Below are positions 12,861 to 25,198 of a stretch of 64,000 nucleotides of DNA, piece by piece. The stretch lies in contig CM052818.1 in the NCBI GenBank assembly GCA_028534125.1, forward strand, positions 6,636,001-6,700,000, given 5' to 3'. The DNA is from Lama glama. Lineage: Eukaryota. Position numbers and translations under genes: made by a program. How positions within the stretch are numbered: position 1 is the first letter of the stretch; the number at the start of each line of letters is the position of its first letter. The notes below the pieces were generated by a model that was not told where the DNA came from, did not search any database, and saw nothing but the letters and a program-made list of their open reading frames with translations.

Positions 12861-15800
12861 TCCCTTTCAGAAAACTTTAAGAAAAGGAGATGCTTATTCA
12901 GTAAGTTTCAGTAAATTTTACATATGAAATATACCAGATATGTACCAGATTTTCAGACTTGCCAAAGAACCACCTAAATGGTGGGCATTTCAACAAGGGC
13001 ATTGGCTTAAAACCTCAGCTGGCTCTTCAGTGGAGCTATGGGTTCTCCTCTGCCTGCTTGGGAACCCCAGTCTCATTTTAGAAGATCAATTGATCAAAAA
13101 TGTTTCTGTTGTCTCTACCTGTGGAGTTAAAGGGTTGGGACAGAGTGGGGCCAGGAGAGACTAAGTTAAAGAGAAAATAAGTTGAAAATGTAAATTACTT
13201 CTACGAAATTTAACTAGTGAAACTCATCCATGGTGGTTTATTAAGAGAAGCAAAAACGTTTTGGAGGAAGGACAGCTATGCTTTATGGTCAACACCAGGG
13301 AGCTGCTGGCTGAGACCCAGCCCGGCATGGGGTGGCAGGAAGTTCTCAGAGGACAGATGGGAGCTGCTTTATCCTCTGAAGGACAGTCATTATCAAGCTC
13401 ACGTTGCATAGCAAGAGGAGGATCTTTTAATTCAATATGTGATAACTTCAGTGGCTAAATTAAAGCAATTAAATGTCTGAGGCTCACATGAAAGCTTTGA
13501 CATGGTCTCAATTTCAGGAAGCCCAAAGGCGTTTTGCTAGCCCACCGACTTGTGTCCTTCTTCATTGACACATGTATCATCTCATCTTTTTGAGCTGTGG
13601 ACAGCAGGATACTCCTATTTCCATTTTATTAATTCATGCAGAGTACATATTCCAGGTTACCTGAAACCTGTTCTTGCTTACTGGCCAGTAAAAGCTAAGC
13701 TGTGGGTCTGTCAGAGCCCTTTCATGTCAAAATTTCACCGAATTTCAAATTTTAGAAACATAAAGCTTTCGTCTAACACGTAGGAATTTTTGTTGTTGTT
13801 GTTTTCACTATAAAAGAATGCCCACTGCATCTATCCCCTGGGTCCTGGACGGGATAATGTCTGAGTCTAGGACAAAGTCATCTCCCTTCTCCCACCAGCT
13901 GCCTCTTAGACCCTATCTGCCTGCTACCTGGAGCCGTAAAAGAGCATGTGCCCAGCTGACTTCCTGTCTGCTTGCCTCTTTGAAAGAGGACACCTGAAAC
14001 CAATGTAGGTCCTTAGGACACAAGAGCCAGTGCTGCCTGTTCCCAAAGACCAGCTGACAAAAGAGGCGACGACTTCCTGTTTACCAAAGGAAAAGGGGTT
14101 GGCCATAGACCTGTCAGTCTAATAGCTACTGAGGGGACAGGCTTGCTTTGCTCAAGAGTTAGGCAACAGACCAGCCAAGCCGAGAGCCTTCTGACACACA
14201 CAACCATCCAGTGTACTGTCTTCTGAAAGGCAGGAGATGCCCAGAGTTCCTTGTGATCAATCTCGTCTCCTAGCCTGAGGTTGAGAGGAACGGTATATAT
14301 TTATACTTATATATAAGTGCATGTGTGTATACATGCTTTTTTAAAAAATAAATAAAACGGGAAGCCCTTGCAACAGGAAGAATATTGAATCTCGCTTTGG
14401 TTGCATCCGCTGCTGAAATCTCTCTTGGTGGTGGGGCGCCATAAAGACAGTATGCACGGTAATCGTTACTGCTAGCCAGCCATCTTCAAAACTTCAAAGT
14501 ATCGGCGTCTACAGACAGGGCAGAAATCTAGTTTATCAACCTGAACTAATCCTGAGGCTTTTTTTTTTTTTTTGCTATGGTGATGACTAATTTTTTTATT
14601 GAGATATAGCTGACATACATCCTGGGGCTCTTGAATCAACTGAGCCACAGTCTTAGTCAGACTCCTCTGTGACAAACATGTTGTGAGGAGGACAGCAGAG
14701 GGGTTACACATGAAGTTGTCAGAGCTCACACAGACCCTGCAGATCACCCGGGGCCACTCCTTATCGCACGCATGAGGACACTGAGGCCCACAGAGGTAAG
14801 AGAGCTGGCCCGGGACTTGGGCCTGGCCTGGCCTGGCACTGAGGTTTTCCAGCGTCTCTGCTCGGTGCTAGTTTTGCTTAACATCGCTGTATGATTCCTG
14901 GAGGATGTGGACAGGCTCCTTACGCAGTGTCTTCACTTTATTTTCTCTGCCTTATTCAAAATCTCTGGGCCTGCTGCCCTCCAGAAATGGCTGCTCAGAG
15001 CTGGCTTGGCTGCAGGAGCTGGGTGTTCACATCAGCTTATGTGCTCCTGGGGACACAGGGAAGAAAAGGGGCTCTTCTTGTTTGTTTGCCTCTCTGGAGG
15101 GAGGCTTCACCCCATTTGTCTCCATCCCCAAGAGCGAGGAGAAAATTAACTGTTACCAGCCTTCTCATGGTCTCACTGATGTACTTAGGGTGTCTCACTC
15201 CAGAAAGATGTCATCCAGGTGCCCCTTAATAGTTCCAAGTGTCCTTGAAGACACAGCCCTGGGCACACCTTTGCTCTCCCATGAGCACTGGTAGCCAGCT
15301 GCTGCTGTCTTTGTTCCCCACCCCAACCTCCTTTTGGAAAAACAGATTTAGCAGGAAAACCCAGAGGAGTTGAAGGGATGCACATAGTCCTGAAAAATGC
15401 ATGTTTCACTTTGAAGTGTGTGACCTGACCCACCCTGGGTGCCCCCAGAAGCCCTTGGTCAGCAGCCGGGATTCCATCCCAGGATGGGTAATTTAGGCAA
15501 ACTGCCTCCTTAGCTGGTCTGGCCTCTTGGTTCTTACCCTCCTCCTTGGTTCTTTCCCTCCCTCCTTGAGCATCCCTTGGTCAAAGAGGTTGGCCTTCCA
15601 CATGGAGAGGCCCATCCCCGGACCCACGGCATGTGAACAGATGAATGTGCTTCTTTAAGAACTTCCAGGTGGTAAACTCAGGGTCCCTTCATAGGACAGG
15701 GAAGAACAGTCAAGCTTCCAAGAGTAAGAGATCACATTTTACACGTACGCCCATCCAACAGGAGGGAGCCAGCCACCCAGGTAACATTAGACGTCAATCT

Positions 15801-16641
15801 TCTGGTCTCCTTTCTCCATTTAGACCAATTCCCACCCAAACGAGGCAGCACTGACCTTGGGGAAACTGGCAGCCTCAGCCCAGTGTCCTGGACTTCAGAT
15901 TTTAATTTATTGTCAAGGAATCATACCATTGAAGTCAGTTATTCAAAAGAAAAGTCTGTATCACCTTTTGAAGCTCCGTGGTTTCCCTCTTATTTGTTGA
16001 TAAATAACTGGGGAATTATAGGCAAATCTCAGTTCCCAAAGTAAGTACAGCTCGTGTCTGCAGAGTGCAGCCATTGACAGCTTGCCCTTTTTAAAGGAGT
16101 TTATCAGATGTTCACTGATACACTTGAGCCTCTTTTTTCCTCCTCCTGAACCTAGGTCTACGTCGTCCACCCACCTAGCATGCCCTCTGCCCATCTCCCG
16201 GGCCGCTCCTTAGGGAAGCCCTGGCCTTGACCCTACCCGTGTCCACCCGTATCTGAGCCCACATCCCACAAAGCATCCAGCCCAAACCCAAAAAAACCCT
16301 CAGGGGAGAGGGGGGTGGGTGTCTTCAGTACCAGTGCGGACTTGGGCAGGCTGATCGTGGCAATATTTTCTTATTTTATGGTTGGCAGTACCTGCTTTTT
16401 CAGTTCAGTGCCCTCTGACTCTTGCTTCCACCTCCTTACCCTTTCTTTTCTCAGCCTCCTGGTCTTCCTTATCAAAGTCTGTCTCAACTCACTGCCATCT
16501 TAGAGGGCTTTAGACCCAGGCCACACAAAGATTATTACTCAAAACACGTGTTTTTAGATAACTATGGAAAAATCTGAAAATGTTGTCAAAGGCATACCCC
16601 TTAAAAAAGACCAAATTTAGGCAGTTAAGAAACAGCTCCCA

Positions 16642-16955
16642 TGCATAAGAGAGATAGGCAATGAGGATTTACTGCATAGCACAAGGAACTATATTCAATA
16701 TCTTTGTAATAACCTATAATAGAAAATGATCTAGGGAGGAGGGCATAGCTCAGTGGTAGAGCACATGCCTTGCATGCATGAGGTCCTGGGTTCAATCCCC
16801 AGTACCTCCATTAAATAAATAAACCTAATTACCCACCCCCCAAAAAAGAAAATGATCTGAAAAAATATATATGTATCTGAATCACTTTGCTGTACACCTG
16901 AAACTAATGCAACATTGTAAATCAACTATACTTCAATTTTGAAAAAAAAAAAAAA
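16642..16955 (+). mobile_element. 5'-truncated L1 3' end containing a nested SINE
   Basis: gcatagcacaaggaactatattcaatatc...gctgtacacctgaaactaa...tgtaaatcaactatacttcaat plus poly(A). Confidence 0.85.
16733..16846 (+). mobile_element. vic-1-like SINE nested in L1 3' end
   Basis: A and B boxes (tagctcagtgg, ggttcaatccc); perfect 12-bp TSD AGAAAATGATCT at 16721-16732 and 16847-16858. Confidence 0.92.
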
Positions 16956-17139
16956 GATACTGTTCCAGAGGATAGAAAAAGGTGGAACACTGCCTAGCTC
17001 AGTGTACAGGACTCACATAACCTTGCTATAAACTGGGCAAGAATAGCCCAAGTAGAGAAAAACTGCAGCCCAACTCATTGAGTCTAGATGTAAAGTTTTA
17101 AAGTAAAATATTAACAAATCACATCAAATATTTGTACAA

Positions 17140-17668
17140 TTTTTAAATTTTTTTAATTGAAGTACAGTCAGTTACAATGTGTCAATTACTGATACAGCAC
17201 AATGTCCCAGCCATGCATATACATATGTATATTTGTTTTCATACTTTTTCATTAAAGGTTATTACAGGATACTGAATATAGTTCTCTGTGCTATACAGAA
17301 GAAATTTTGGTTTTTTTAAATCTATTTTTATATATAGTGGCTAACATTTGCAAATCTCTAACTCCCAGATCCATCCCTTCCCACCCTCTTTCCCTAACCG
17401 TAAGATTGTTTACTAAGTCTGCAGGTCTTTGTTTTGTAGATGAGTTCATAGTGTCCTTTTCTTTCTTTTTTCTTAGATTCCACATATGAGTGATATCATG
17501 TGGTATTTTCCTTTCTCTTTCTGTCTTACTTCACTTAGAATGACAATCTCTAGGTCCATCCATGTTGCTGCAAATGGCATTGTTTTATTCTTTTTATGGC
17601 TGAGTAGTATTCCACTGTATAAATATACCACAACTTCTTTATCCAGTCATCTATCAATGAACATTTAG
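17140..17668 (-). mobile_element. Younger L1 3' end (antisense)
   Basis: T-rich start followed by the reverse complement of an L1 3'UTR/ORF2 end; TSD TGTACAA at 17133-17139 and 17669-17675. Confidence 0.9.
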
Positions 17669-20269
17669 TGTACAACAAATTTAATGAAAGATAATTAGAG
17701 TAGAAAATATCTCAGGCATGCAAAGATAGTTCATATTCGAAAAGCTTAACTGTTTGATTCAGACATTAATGAAACAAAGCTGAAAGACTAGTCATCTCAA
17801 TAGATACAAAAAAAAAATCTGGTTACATCCAACATCTTTCGCTGTGAAAACCCTTAGCAATCTAGAATACAAGGAAATTTTTGGAACTTTATCATCATTC
17901 CAGTTATCTGGAAACCTTGTATTTAATAGAGAATCATTAGACATTGTCCCATTGAAGTCTGGTTCAAGAAAACAGGGCCACTATCACATCATGCTGGAAA
18001 TCCTGGCAAACACTGACACTGAGACAGTCAAACCCAGAGGTAGGTTTTTTTGGAGGGTACATTTACAAGGGGCAGTGGTTGTGCTCACTGCATCACATTG
18101 CACAGGACCTCCCCCAAGTACCGGCGCCCAGGTGGCAACAGCCGTGTCTGGCCTTGTTCATGGTGAGTGGCATCAAAGGCTGGCTCTGACTGCTCTCTGA
18201 CTCTGGGACACCTGCCACTGAAGCCACCCCTCTAAGGAGCCTGAGGTCCCCAGGCACAGAGGACTTCTGGTTGTGTTCTTGAGCTCAAACCTGCAGCAGT
18301 TCCGAGGTGCCCCACCGCCCCCCACCCCAGCAAGGCAAGTTGAAAATGCAGCCAGTCTTTCCAGGTCGAAGATGAGGCTGTCAGATTGGTAGGCTGGTGC
18401 GTGTCATTAGCTTGTGCACACAAGTAACACAGCCACGTTCTAGAATCTTGCTTGTTGATGTACGTATGTGCACAGCTTAGTGGGCTGCTTTTCTCACGAG
18501 CAGTTAGGGGGCACCAGTTCAGAGGGGCATGTGGTGAAAGGAGGCTTTTCCCCTCGCCTCTCTCGGAGATGCCCTGATAGCACATCCCTTTTGTTGGTAG
18601 GTCACTCGCCACTTGGCAGGATTTGTCAGATAACAGAGATCTGAGATGATCCTCGGCTTCTGATGGACTTTCTCCTATGGGCCCTTCGTCCCAGGGTCGG
18701 GGCAAACCCAGAGCAGTGAGGTGCGGGAGGCTGGGGGCTGGGCTGGGACATCCCAAGGGAGGTGGTGAACTGCGGGCGCACCTCAGTCCTTTGGCCTCCC
18801 TGCTCCTCTGTACAGATTTGTCATCCGATCAGGAGATGTCGAAAGGTCTTTCTCAGTCTCACATTCTCTTAATTGTCCAAAAATTGTCCAGGAAGTTTTG
18901 CACTTGACTCTGCAGTGGGAAGAGGCTGGTCTGGCTCAGGGAGGAAGGATGGGAGTGTCAGCAGGTGGCATTTGATTGGCTGAGGATTACCAGGAATACC
19001 AGGCGTGCCTCACTTCCCAGAATGATGTTCCATACACTGTTAACCTGGACATAGATAGGTCACAGAAAACAGGGTGGATTTGGGTGAACAGATGACTAAC
19101 ACACAGGTGGCCACAATGTGTTAACTCTCTGAGACCCAAATGCACAGTGCATATAACAGTGTCCAATCCCAGGGTAGCTTCTAACCTAAGACGTGACTGT
19201 CACTTGGGTGTTGGATAAGAGTTTAACCCTTGAGATTTGAATCACACTGAAGAGCCCTTATCTACTCATGTGGAAAGTATTTATTGAGATCTGTAGAAAC
19301 CTTTGTGTTACGAGATACCATCCCCTCATCTCCAGGGACTGTATACATCAGGGTGCACCTTCTTACTTGGAAAGTTGTACTTGGGTTAATTTCACTGAGA
19401 TTAACACAGAGCAGGCACGGGCGTGGGCTCTCCCGGGCTTAAGAAGCAGTGGTGTTGTGCATGGAGATCCCACTGAGCTTGGTGGGCAGGGGCCACCTCC
19501 CACGGTGGGCAGGGTCCTGCGTTTCTCGGAGTCTCCGTTTTCCTGTCTGATATGGACGTGATATTTTACCTGCAGTCGTGTTCACATTTAGCCAGGGCCT
19601 GGCACATCATAAGCCCTCACATAATATAAGACTGTTAAGGGTTGTTTGCTTTGTTGTGCTGTCGACCTACAACCACACGTGTTAAAAGAGGGAGGCAGTA
19701 CCTCCAAAGACATAAGGAAAAGGTCGGTGAGAGCTGGAGGACAGGGCAGAGTTTGGAAGAAAGGAAAAAGTCTTGTGTATCTATTTGTCTTTTTTAGTTA
19801 CTGGGATTTGAGGGGTAAATAGTGACTCTTTCCTATCTGAGCTCCGAATCAACTGAGAAAAAAATGATGGGAGACCCTTCATTACTGATGATACTAGTCC
19901 TGGCTTACATCTGCGGGAAATGGGCATCCCAGGGCTGGACCCCAGGATTGGACAGATCTGCCCCACCAGGCACATGAGCGGTGGGTCTCCACACCCTCCC
20001 CACAGTGCGGTGGGCCCTCCACCTCCAGGTGGACCACACTGTCCCAAGAATGATTGCCGGCACGCGCTATTTGCCGATTGAGTGGCTCCCAAGAAGCAGA
20101 GAAGGAATGAAGCAGGCTCTGGATGCCCAACTGCACTCCGCCTGCTGTGGAAAGGAGTAAGCAAGGCAAGAGCAAGGCCAGGGCTGTGATGCTGGTGGAG
20201 GTGGAACGGCTGCCACAGAGAAGGAATCGGGAGTGAGGGAAAAGTGCACCCCAGGGACGAACCCAACGC

Positions 20270-20600
20270 ATTCTGGGTTAAGTTACCAAAGGGAATTGGC
20301 TTTTATCATTGGGCCATCTTAGGGTGAGTGATGATTCAGGCTTGGCTGGATCCAGAAGCTCAAATGGTGTCTGTGGGGGCCTTCTTCCCTTGGTTTTGCT
20401 CTACTTTATCCTCGGGCAGTTTCTTTCCCTGCACCCTCACTAGGATTCCAGGCTTAGGGGGGGCCCTTAGATCTTAACTTCAGAGATAGAGACAGCATCT
20501 TTTCTGACCTCTCCATCAAAAATCTCTCTGTATTGCCTCAGATAGGACTGTGTGTGTTCATATCTGAATTAGTCACTACAGATTGTGGGACTGGAAACAG
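20270..20600. mobile_element. Degenerate MaLR LTR (MLT1-like)
   Basis: ttcaggcttggctggatccagaagctcaaatggtgtc motif characteristic of old MLT1 LTRs. Confidence 0.5.
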
Positions 20601-21894
20601 GCTTCAGCCCCACATCACGTGGACCAAACAAAATTAAAGAAAAATCCAGGAGGGGTGGGTTTCCAGAGGCAAACTACACATGTCCACCAAGCTTTAAAAA
20701 ACCAACAGTGGTTGTGCTGCATAATGGAAATACGGGTATCTTTTCTTTTTCCTGAATGCTTGCAATCCCATTTTTCTGAGCATTTATTACTTTATAAATG
20801 GGAAGAGGTAAAAATAACTTTCTTAAGTCTATTTGATCCTTGCTTTGCCCCCAAAAGGATCTGTGAGAGTAACAAAAAACAGTAAAATAAAAGGAGAGAA
20901 ATCTGCAAATGAGATAAGGGGAACATAAGAGTGAGGAGCAACAGCCAAGGAGGAGTTTGTAGTTATTTACCACAAATAGGACACCTAGAGTTCAAGGAAA
21001 CCATTTCATTTATCTGGGGAAAAAAAAGAAGAAAAAAGGGTGCATCACTGTAAGGAAATGGGAGTTACAGTGGGGTTTCTGAGGTGCCCTGGTTTTAAAG
21101 GTTGGTGCCAGCTGCATCTAACAAAGCTCTTGAATGAGCTTGCGGCTCCTGGACTCACCTGGGAACACGAAGCACCTAGGTGGTAGGTATATTGAAAGGC
21201 GATCAGGCCCCTGCTCTGCGCACAGCCACAGTGCATCCTGATATCTGATCACCTTCCAAAGATACCCTCACAGAGGCTCCAAACTGAACTCGTCGCCTCT
21301 CCTGGGAAAACAGATCTGTGCTCACACCCAGAGATGGTGGCCTTCGTCCCTCTCTGCAAGCATCCATCTTACTTCCAGTTTAAAGTGACCCCCCACCCTT
21401 GCCTCCAAGCTGAAGATTACAAAATTCCTTCCTAGAAAGCCAGGACCCATAATACCTCTGACGCATCCTTATCTCTGAGACTTTCCCAGGCTGGGATTAG
21501 ACCCACAGAGAAACATATGGCTTTGATTTCTGCTTGTTTGCCTCTCCTGTGCTCACTCGAGGACCTCGCAGCCAGGGCCACAAACAGGTGACCATTCTTG
21601 ATCAAACTGGAACGCACCAGCGGGAGGTCTGGTGCGGTGAGCCCTTCCTCAGCGCCGGTCGCTGCTCCCACATTTGAGAAAACAAACCCACCTTTCCAGG
21701 GTCTGGTGGCTGGGTTTCTCTGCCCGTCATGTTTATACAATCTGGCCCTTCAGGGGTCCTGTGCCTCCCACAGCCAGGATAAACTCGAGATTTCAGGAAG
21801 TCCAGCAAGACGCCACAAGTCAGGGTAGACAGTGTGTTAGGGTTTTTGTTTTTGTTTTTTTAAATTGACTTCTTGGTTACCTCCTCCTATGCAG

Positions 21895-22044
21895 ACAGCT
21901 ACAGACAGTTCTTCTAATTCGTCTCAGAAGAGGGAACAACCTACTCGGACAATCTCCTCGCCCACATCCTGTGAGCACCGGAGGATTTATACCCTGGGCC
22001 ACCTCCATGACCCATACCCCACGGACCACTATCACCTCGAACAG
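21895..22044 (+). CDS. SPRED2: SPRED2 internal coding exon (exon 5)
   Basis: Acceptor ctcctcctatgcAG at 21893-21894 and donor CAG|gtgagc at 22045; 150 bp, phase 0. Encodes TATDSSSNSSQKREQPTRTISSPTSCEHRRIYTLGHLHDPYPTDHYHLEQ. Confidence 0.96.
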
Positions 22045-22494
22045 GTGAGCGGCAGGCTCGTTCGTCGGACGTCAAGGGGTGGATGGCTCCCGATTCTGCA
22101 ACGGCCTCCTTCCCCTCCTGTGCGGCCATGTGCCCGAGCCTGGGCTGCTTCTGGGCTCCTGCTTTGCAGTCCACACCGCCACTCTGGAGGGGTGGGGGCG
22201 GCTCACCCTTACTCAGTTTTCTGTGCATTTCCAGACACATGGCCAAACCCTTTATGTGCCTTATCTCCTCTTACCCTCACAAATTACCGATAAGGCAGGT
22301 CCTCGGCATCCCCAGTTTATAGATGAGGAAGTTGAGGCTGAGAGAGAGAGAGACCCTAGTGAAACAAGATTGAAATACAGGGCTCTGCTCATCTAGGACA
22401 CTGCTGCCTCCAACATTCCTCTGTCCAAACGGCCTCCTGGCTTTGTGTGAAAGCACAGGGCTGCGTTCAAGACTGCAGAATACTGTACACTTGG

Positions 22495-22637
22495 GGTAGG
22501 GAGAGTGTAGCTCAGTGGTAAAGCGCCTGCTTAGCATGCACAAGCTCCTGGGTTCAATCCCCAGTACCTCCGTTAAAAAATAATTTTAAAAATAATAAGT
22601 AAATAAATAAACCTAATTACTATCCCCCTTCAAAAAG
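22495..22637 (+). mobile_element. vic-1-like SINE in SPRED2 intron 5
   Basis: A and B boxes intact; perfect 18-bp TSD AGAATACTGTACACTTGG at 22477-22494 and 22638-22655. Confidence 0.93.
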
Positions 22638-23199
22638 AGAATACTGTACACTTGGCTTAAGCCCCCTGGCATTGCCAGCTGCAGACCCAGGCTGGCTCAG
22701 GGCGCTTTAGCTATAGCTGGAATTCAGAAATTCAACAAATATTTACCAAGCAGCTGTTTTTTGGAGCAGGTTCCTAAACTGTGGGCGATGTGGCCACCAC
22801 TCTACTTTGAAGAGAGAAAAAGCATGAGGCACTGGGGTTTTTTTAAACATAAAGCTAGGTTTATATGACTCTTTTTTTCAAAATCATTTTACTGTGTATT
22901 TCCTAATATTTTGGCATCAAAATCACATTATGATAGCAGTGGATGGGACTTGACTTTTTGACTCTCCGTACTTTGTAAAATAAATTATTAGCAGAGTCTG
23001 TGTCAGCTCCCAAGATTTGTTTGCAAATACTGTAGGACTGTGATTTTCCAAAGTTGGGGAAACTCTGACATCAAGAATCTGACAGGAATTAGGGCAAAGC
23101 CTGTGAGACTTGGCCCCTGCCAGCAAGGAGCTCACAGTCTGATGGGAAGTGGTGGGTAAATCTAATTGCCATGTGATAAATTCTGTGACAATATTATAA

Positions 23200-23380
23200 T
23201 GACAATCCTGGCAACAGGTATCAAGTGCATTCTGTATGACAGGCCCTGTGCTGACACCAGATGGATTCTCTCTCTTCATTCTCACAATAGCCCTATATGG
23301 TTTGATAGTCAGGGAAACCAAGTCTGAGGCTTAGTGACTTGCTAGTAAATTCCATACTCAGAGCCATGCTCCTCACCCCT
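23200..23380 (-). mobile_element. MIR SINE
   Basis: aagtgcattctgtatgacaggccctgtgct...cattctcacaatagccctat...gggaaaccaagtctgagg core. Confidence 0.6.
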
Positions 23381-23899
23381 TAAAAAGCCTTCATACTCAA
23401 AGGCTTCAAAGGCAGAAAATCATTGTCTGCCACAACTGGGATGCCCTGTGCAAGGCAGGCTTACCTGTATCCATTCAATAACTATTTATTCAAGCGCCTG
23501 CTGCTCTGGACAAGGCACTGATGCCAACTCTAGCAGGACCACCTGCAGAAATGACTGTTTCATCCTAAGGGAGAATACAGGTTGGATTTGGAGGCTACAG
23601 GGTATGGCTCTGGGTCGGGCCCTCCCAGGCTCAGATTCCAGCTCTGCCACGTACTACCTATGAAATCCTGGCAGGATTCGAGCCCAGGCAGTCAGCCTCT
23701 AGAACCTTTTCATGTCGCAGCATCTTATCCTCCCAACCAGATTATAAGGTACTTGTGAGCCTTATGGTTTCTGGTATCCCCTTTTGCCTTTTTGAACACA
23801 ACCCATAGAGAGACATGCATTTTATATTATGGCCCAGTGTACATGTTACATACACAACGATAATGAAATGTACTTACCTTGTAACATGCAGTGCAGTCC

Positions 23900-24170
23900 A
23901 GTGTTCCTCTGTTTCACTGGGAAAAAAAAGAAAAAAAGCCAGTTACAAAACAGTGCGTACTGTGCAAAAACAGGTGATACTAATCTGTTAGACATCAGGC
24001 TAGTGACCACCATCACCTCAGGGGTGGGAGGTCACTGAAGGGAAGTGAGGGTGTCCTAGGGAGGACTCGAGTTCTGCTTTTTGATCTGGGCATGTTCAGC
24101 TTCTGAAAATTCAAACTTTATTCTTAAGAGTGTGTACACGTTCCTGCATATATGGCAGTACGTCAGCAAA
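23900..24170 (+). mobile_element. Ancient L1 3' end (L1ME-like)
   Basis: gaaaaaagccagttacaaaacagtgcgtactgtg...ttgatctggg...tgaaaattca pattern. Confidence 0.55.
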
Positions 24171-24299
24171 AAGAGGGGAAATGCTGGTCTCGACCCATCA
24201 AATTGATTTCCTGACCCGGGAAGGGATTGAAACTCATAATTTGAAGTACGTCTTTGACCCACAAGCTATGCAGTAATTACAGGATGGGTTAGTCGTAAA

Positions 24300-24428
24300 G
24301 CCAGTATTTTGTAATATACAACTATAAATGGAGTCTAACCTTTAAAAATCATGAATCACTGTATTGTACACCTGTAACTTATATTGCACATCAACTATAC
24401 TTCAAAGAAAAAAAACGGGAAAAAAAAG
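24300..24428 (+). mobile_element. Short L1 3' terminal fragment ~100 bp upstream of the SPRED2 last acceptor
   Basis: gccagtattttgtaata..aactataaatggagt..aacctttaaaaa..tgaatcact..ttgtacacctgtaactta..catcaactatacttcaa plus A-tail. Confidence 0.8.
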
Positions 24429-24532
24429 AAATGGTTTTGTAAAGGTGAAAGATGCATACTGGAGGTTTTGGTTTTTTGGTGGGGAGGGGTTTAGCCACTG
24501 CTATAAAATAACATCTCCTTTTCCTGGGGCAG

Positions 24533-25198
24533 CCGATACCAAGGCCCTACCGCCAGGTGAGCTTCCCGGACGACGACGAGGAGATTGTGCGCATCAACCC
24601 CAGGGAGAAGATCTGGATGACGGGCTATGAGGACTACCGGCACGCGCCGGTGAGGGGCAAATACCTGGACCCCTCAGAGGACGCGGACTCCTACGTGCGC
24701 TTCGCCAAGGGCGAGGTCCCCAAGCACGACTACAACTACCCCTACGTGGACTCCTCAGACTTTGGCCTCGGCGAGGACCCCAAAGGGCGCGGGGGCAGCG
24801 TGATCAAGACGCAGCCCTCCCGGGGCAAGTCCCGGCGGCGGAAGGAGGACGGCGAGCGCTCCCGGTGCGAGTACTGCCGGGACATGTTCAACCACGAGGA
24901 GAACCGGAGGGGCCACTGTCAGGACGCGCCCGACTCCGTGAGAACTTGCATCCGCCGGGTGAGCTGTATGTGGTGTGCGGACAGCATGCTCTATCACTGT
25001 ATGTCGGACCCCGAGGGAGACTATACAGACCCGTGCTCGTGCGATACTAGCGACGAGAAGTTTTGCCTCCGGTGGATGGCTCTTATTGCCTTGTCTTTCT
25101 TGGCCCCCTGTATGTGCTGTTACCTGCCCCTGCGGGCCTGCTACCACTGCGGAGTGATGTGCAGGTGCTGCGGGGGGAAGCACAAAGCGGCTGTGTGA
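24533..25198 (+). CDS. SPRED2: SPRED2 terminal coding exon (exon 6): c-Kit-binding domain and cysteine-rich Sprouty-related (SPR) domain
   Basis: Acceptor AG at 24531-24532. Reads [37 protein letters not shown]...[20 protein letters not shown]...[10 protein letters not shown] to TGA at 25196-25198, in frame with the upstream exons. Confidence 0.97.
   Translation, partial: PIPRPYRQVSFPDDDEEIVRINPREKIWMTGYEDYRHAPVRGKYLDPSEDADSYVRFAKGEVPKHDYNYPYVDSSDFGLGEDPKGRGGSVIKTQPSRGKSRRRKEDGERSRCEYCRDMFNHEENRRGHCQDAPDSVRTCIRRVSCMWCADSMLYHCMSDPEGDYTDPCSCDTSDEKFCLRWMALIALSFLAPCMCCYLPLRACYHCGVMCRCCGGKHKAAV

Larger units (their letters stand above)
16590..18020 (+). mobile_element. Old L1 ORF2 (RT-region) fossil interrupted by two younger L1 3' ends and a SINE
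   Basis: Decayed ORF2 at 16960-17135 (gttccagaggatagaaaaaggtggaacactgcc...aaaatattaacaaatc) resumes at 17676-18020 (caggcatgcaaagatagttca...catctcaatagatacaaaaaa...aaaacccttagcaatctagaata). Confidence 0.7.

Noticed and set aside
21891..21898. Second AG 4 nt inside exon 5 (cag|ACAG)
   Set aside because: Not an in-frame NAGNAG; its use would frameshift and nothing in the sequence supports it.
22495..22575. tRNA-Ala-like sequence with A and B boxes (also at 1373, 16733, 42371 and 58300)
   Set aside because: These are SINE heads with A-rich tails and TSDs, not tRNA genes.
24680..24700. DADSYVRF is one Ser shorter than the human DADSSYVRF I recall
   Set aside because: I recall mouse also having a single Ser, so this is probably the ancestral state.
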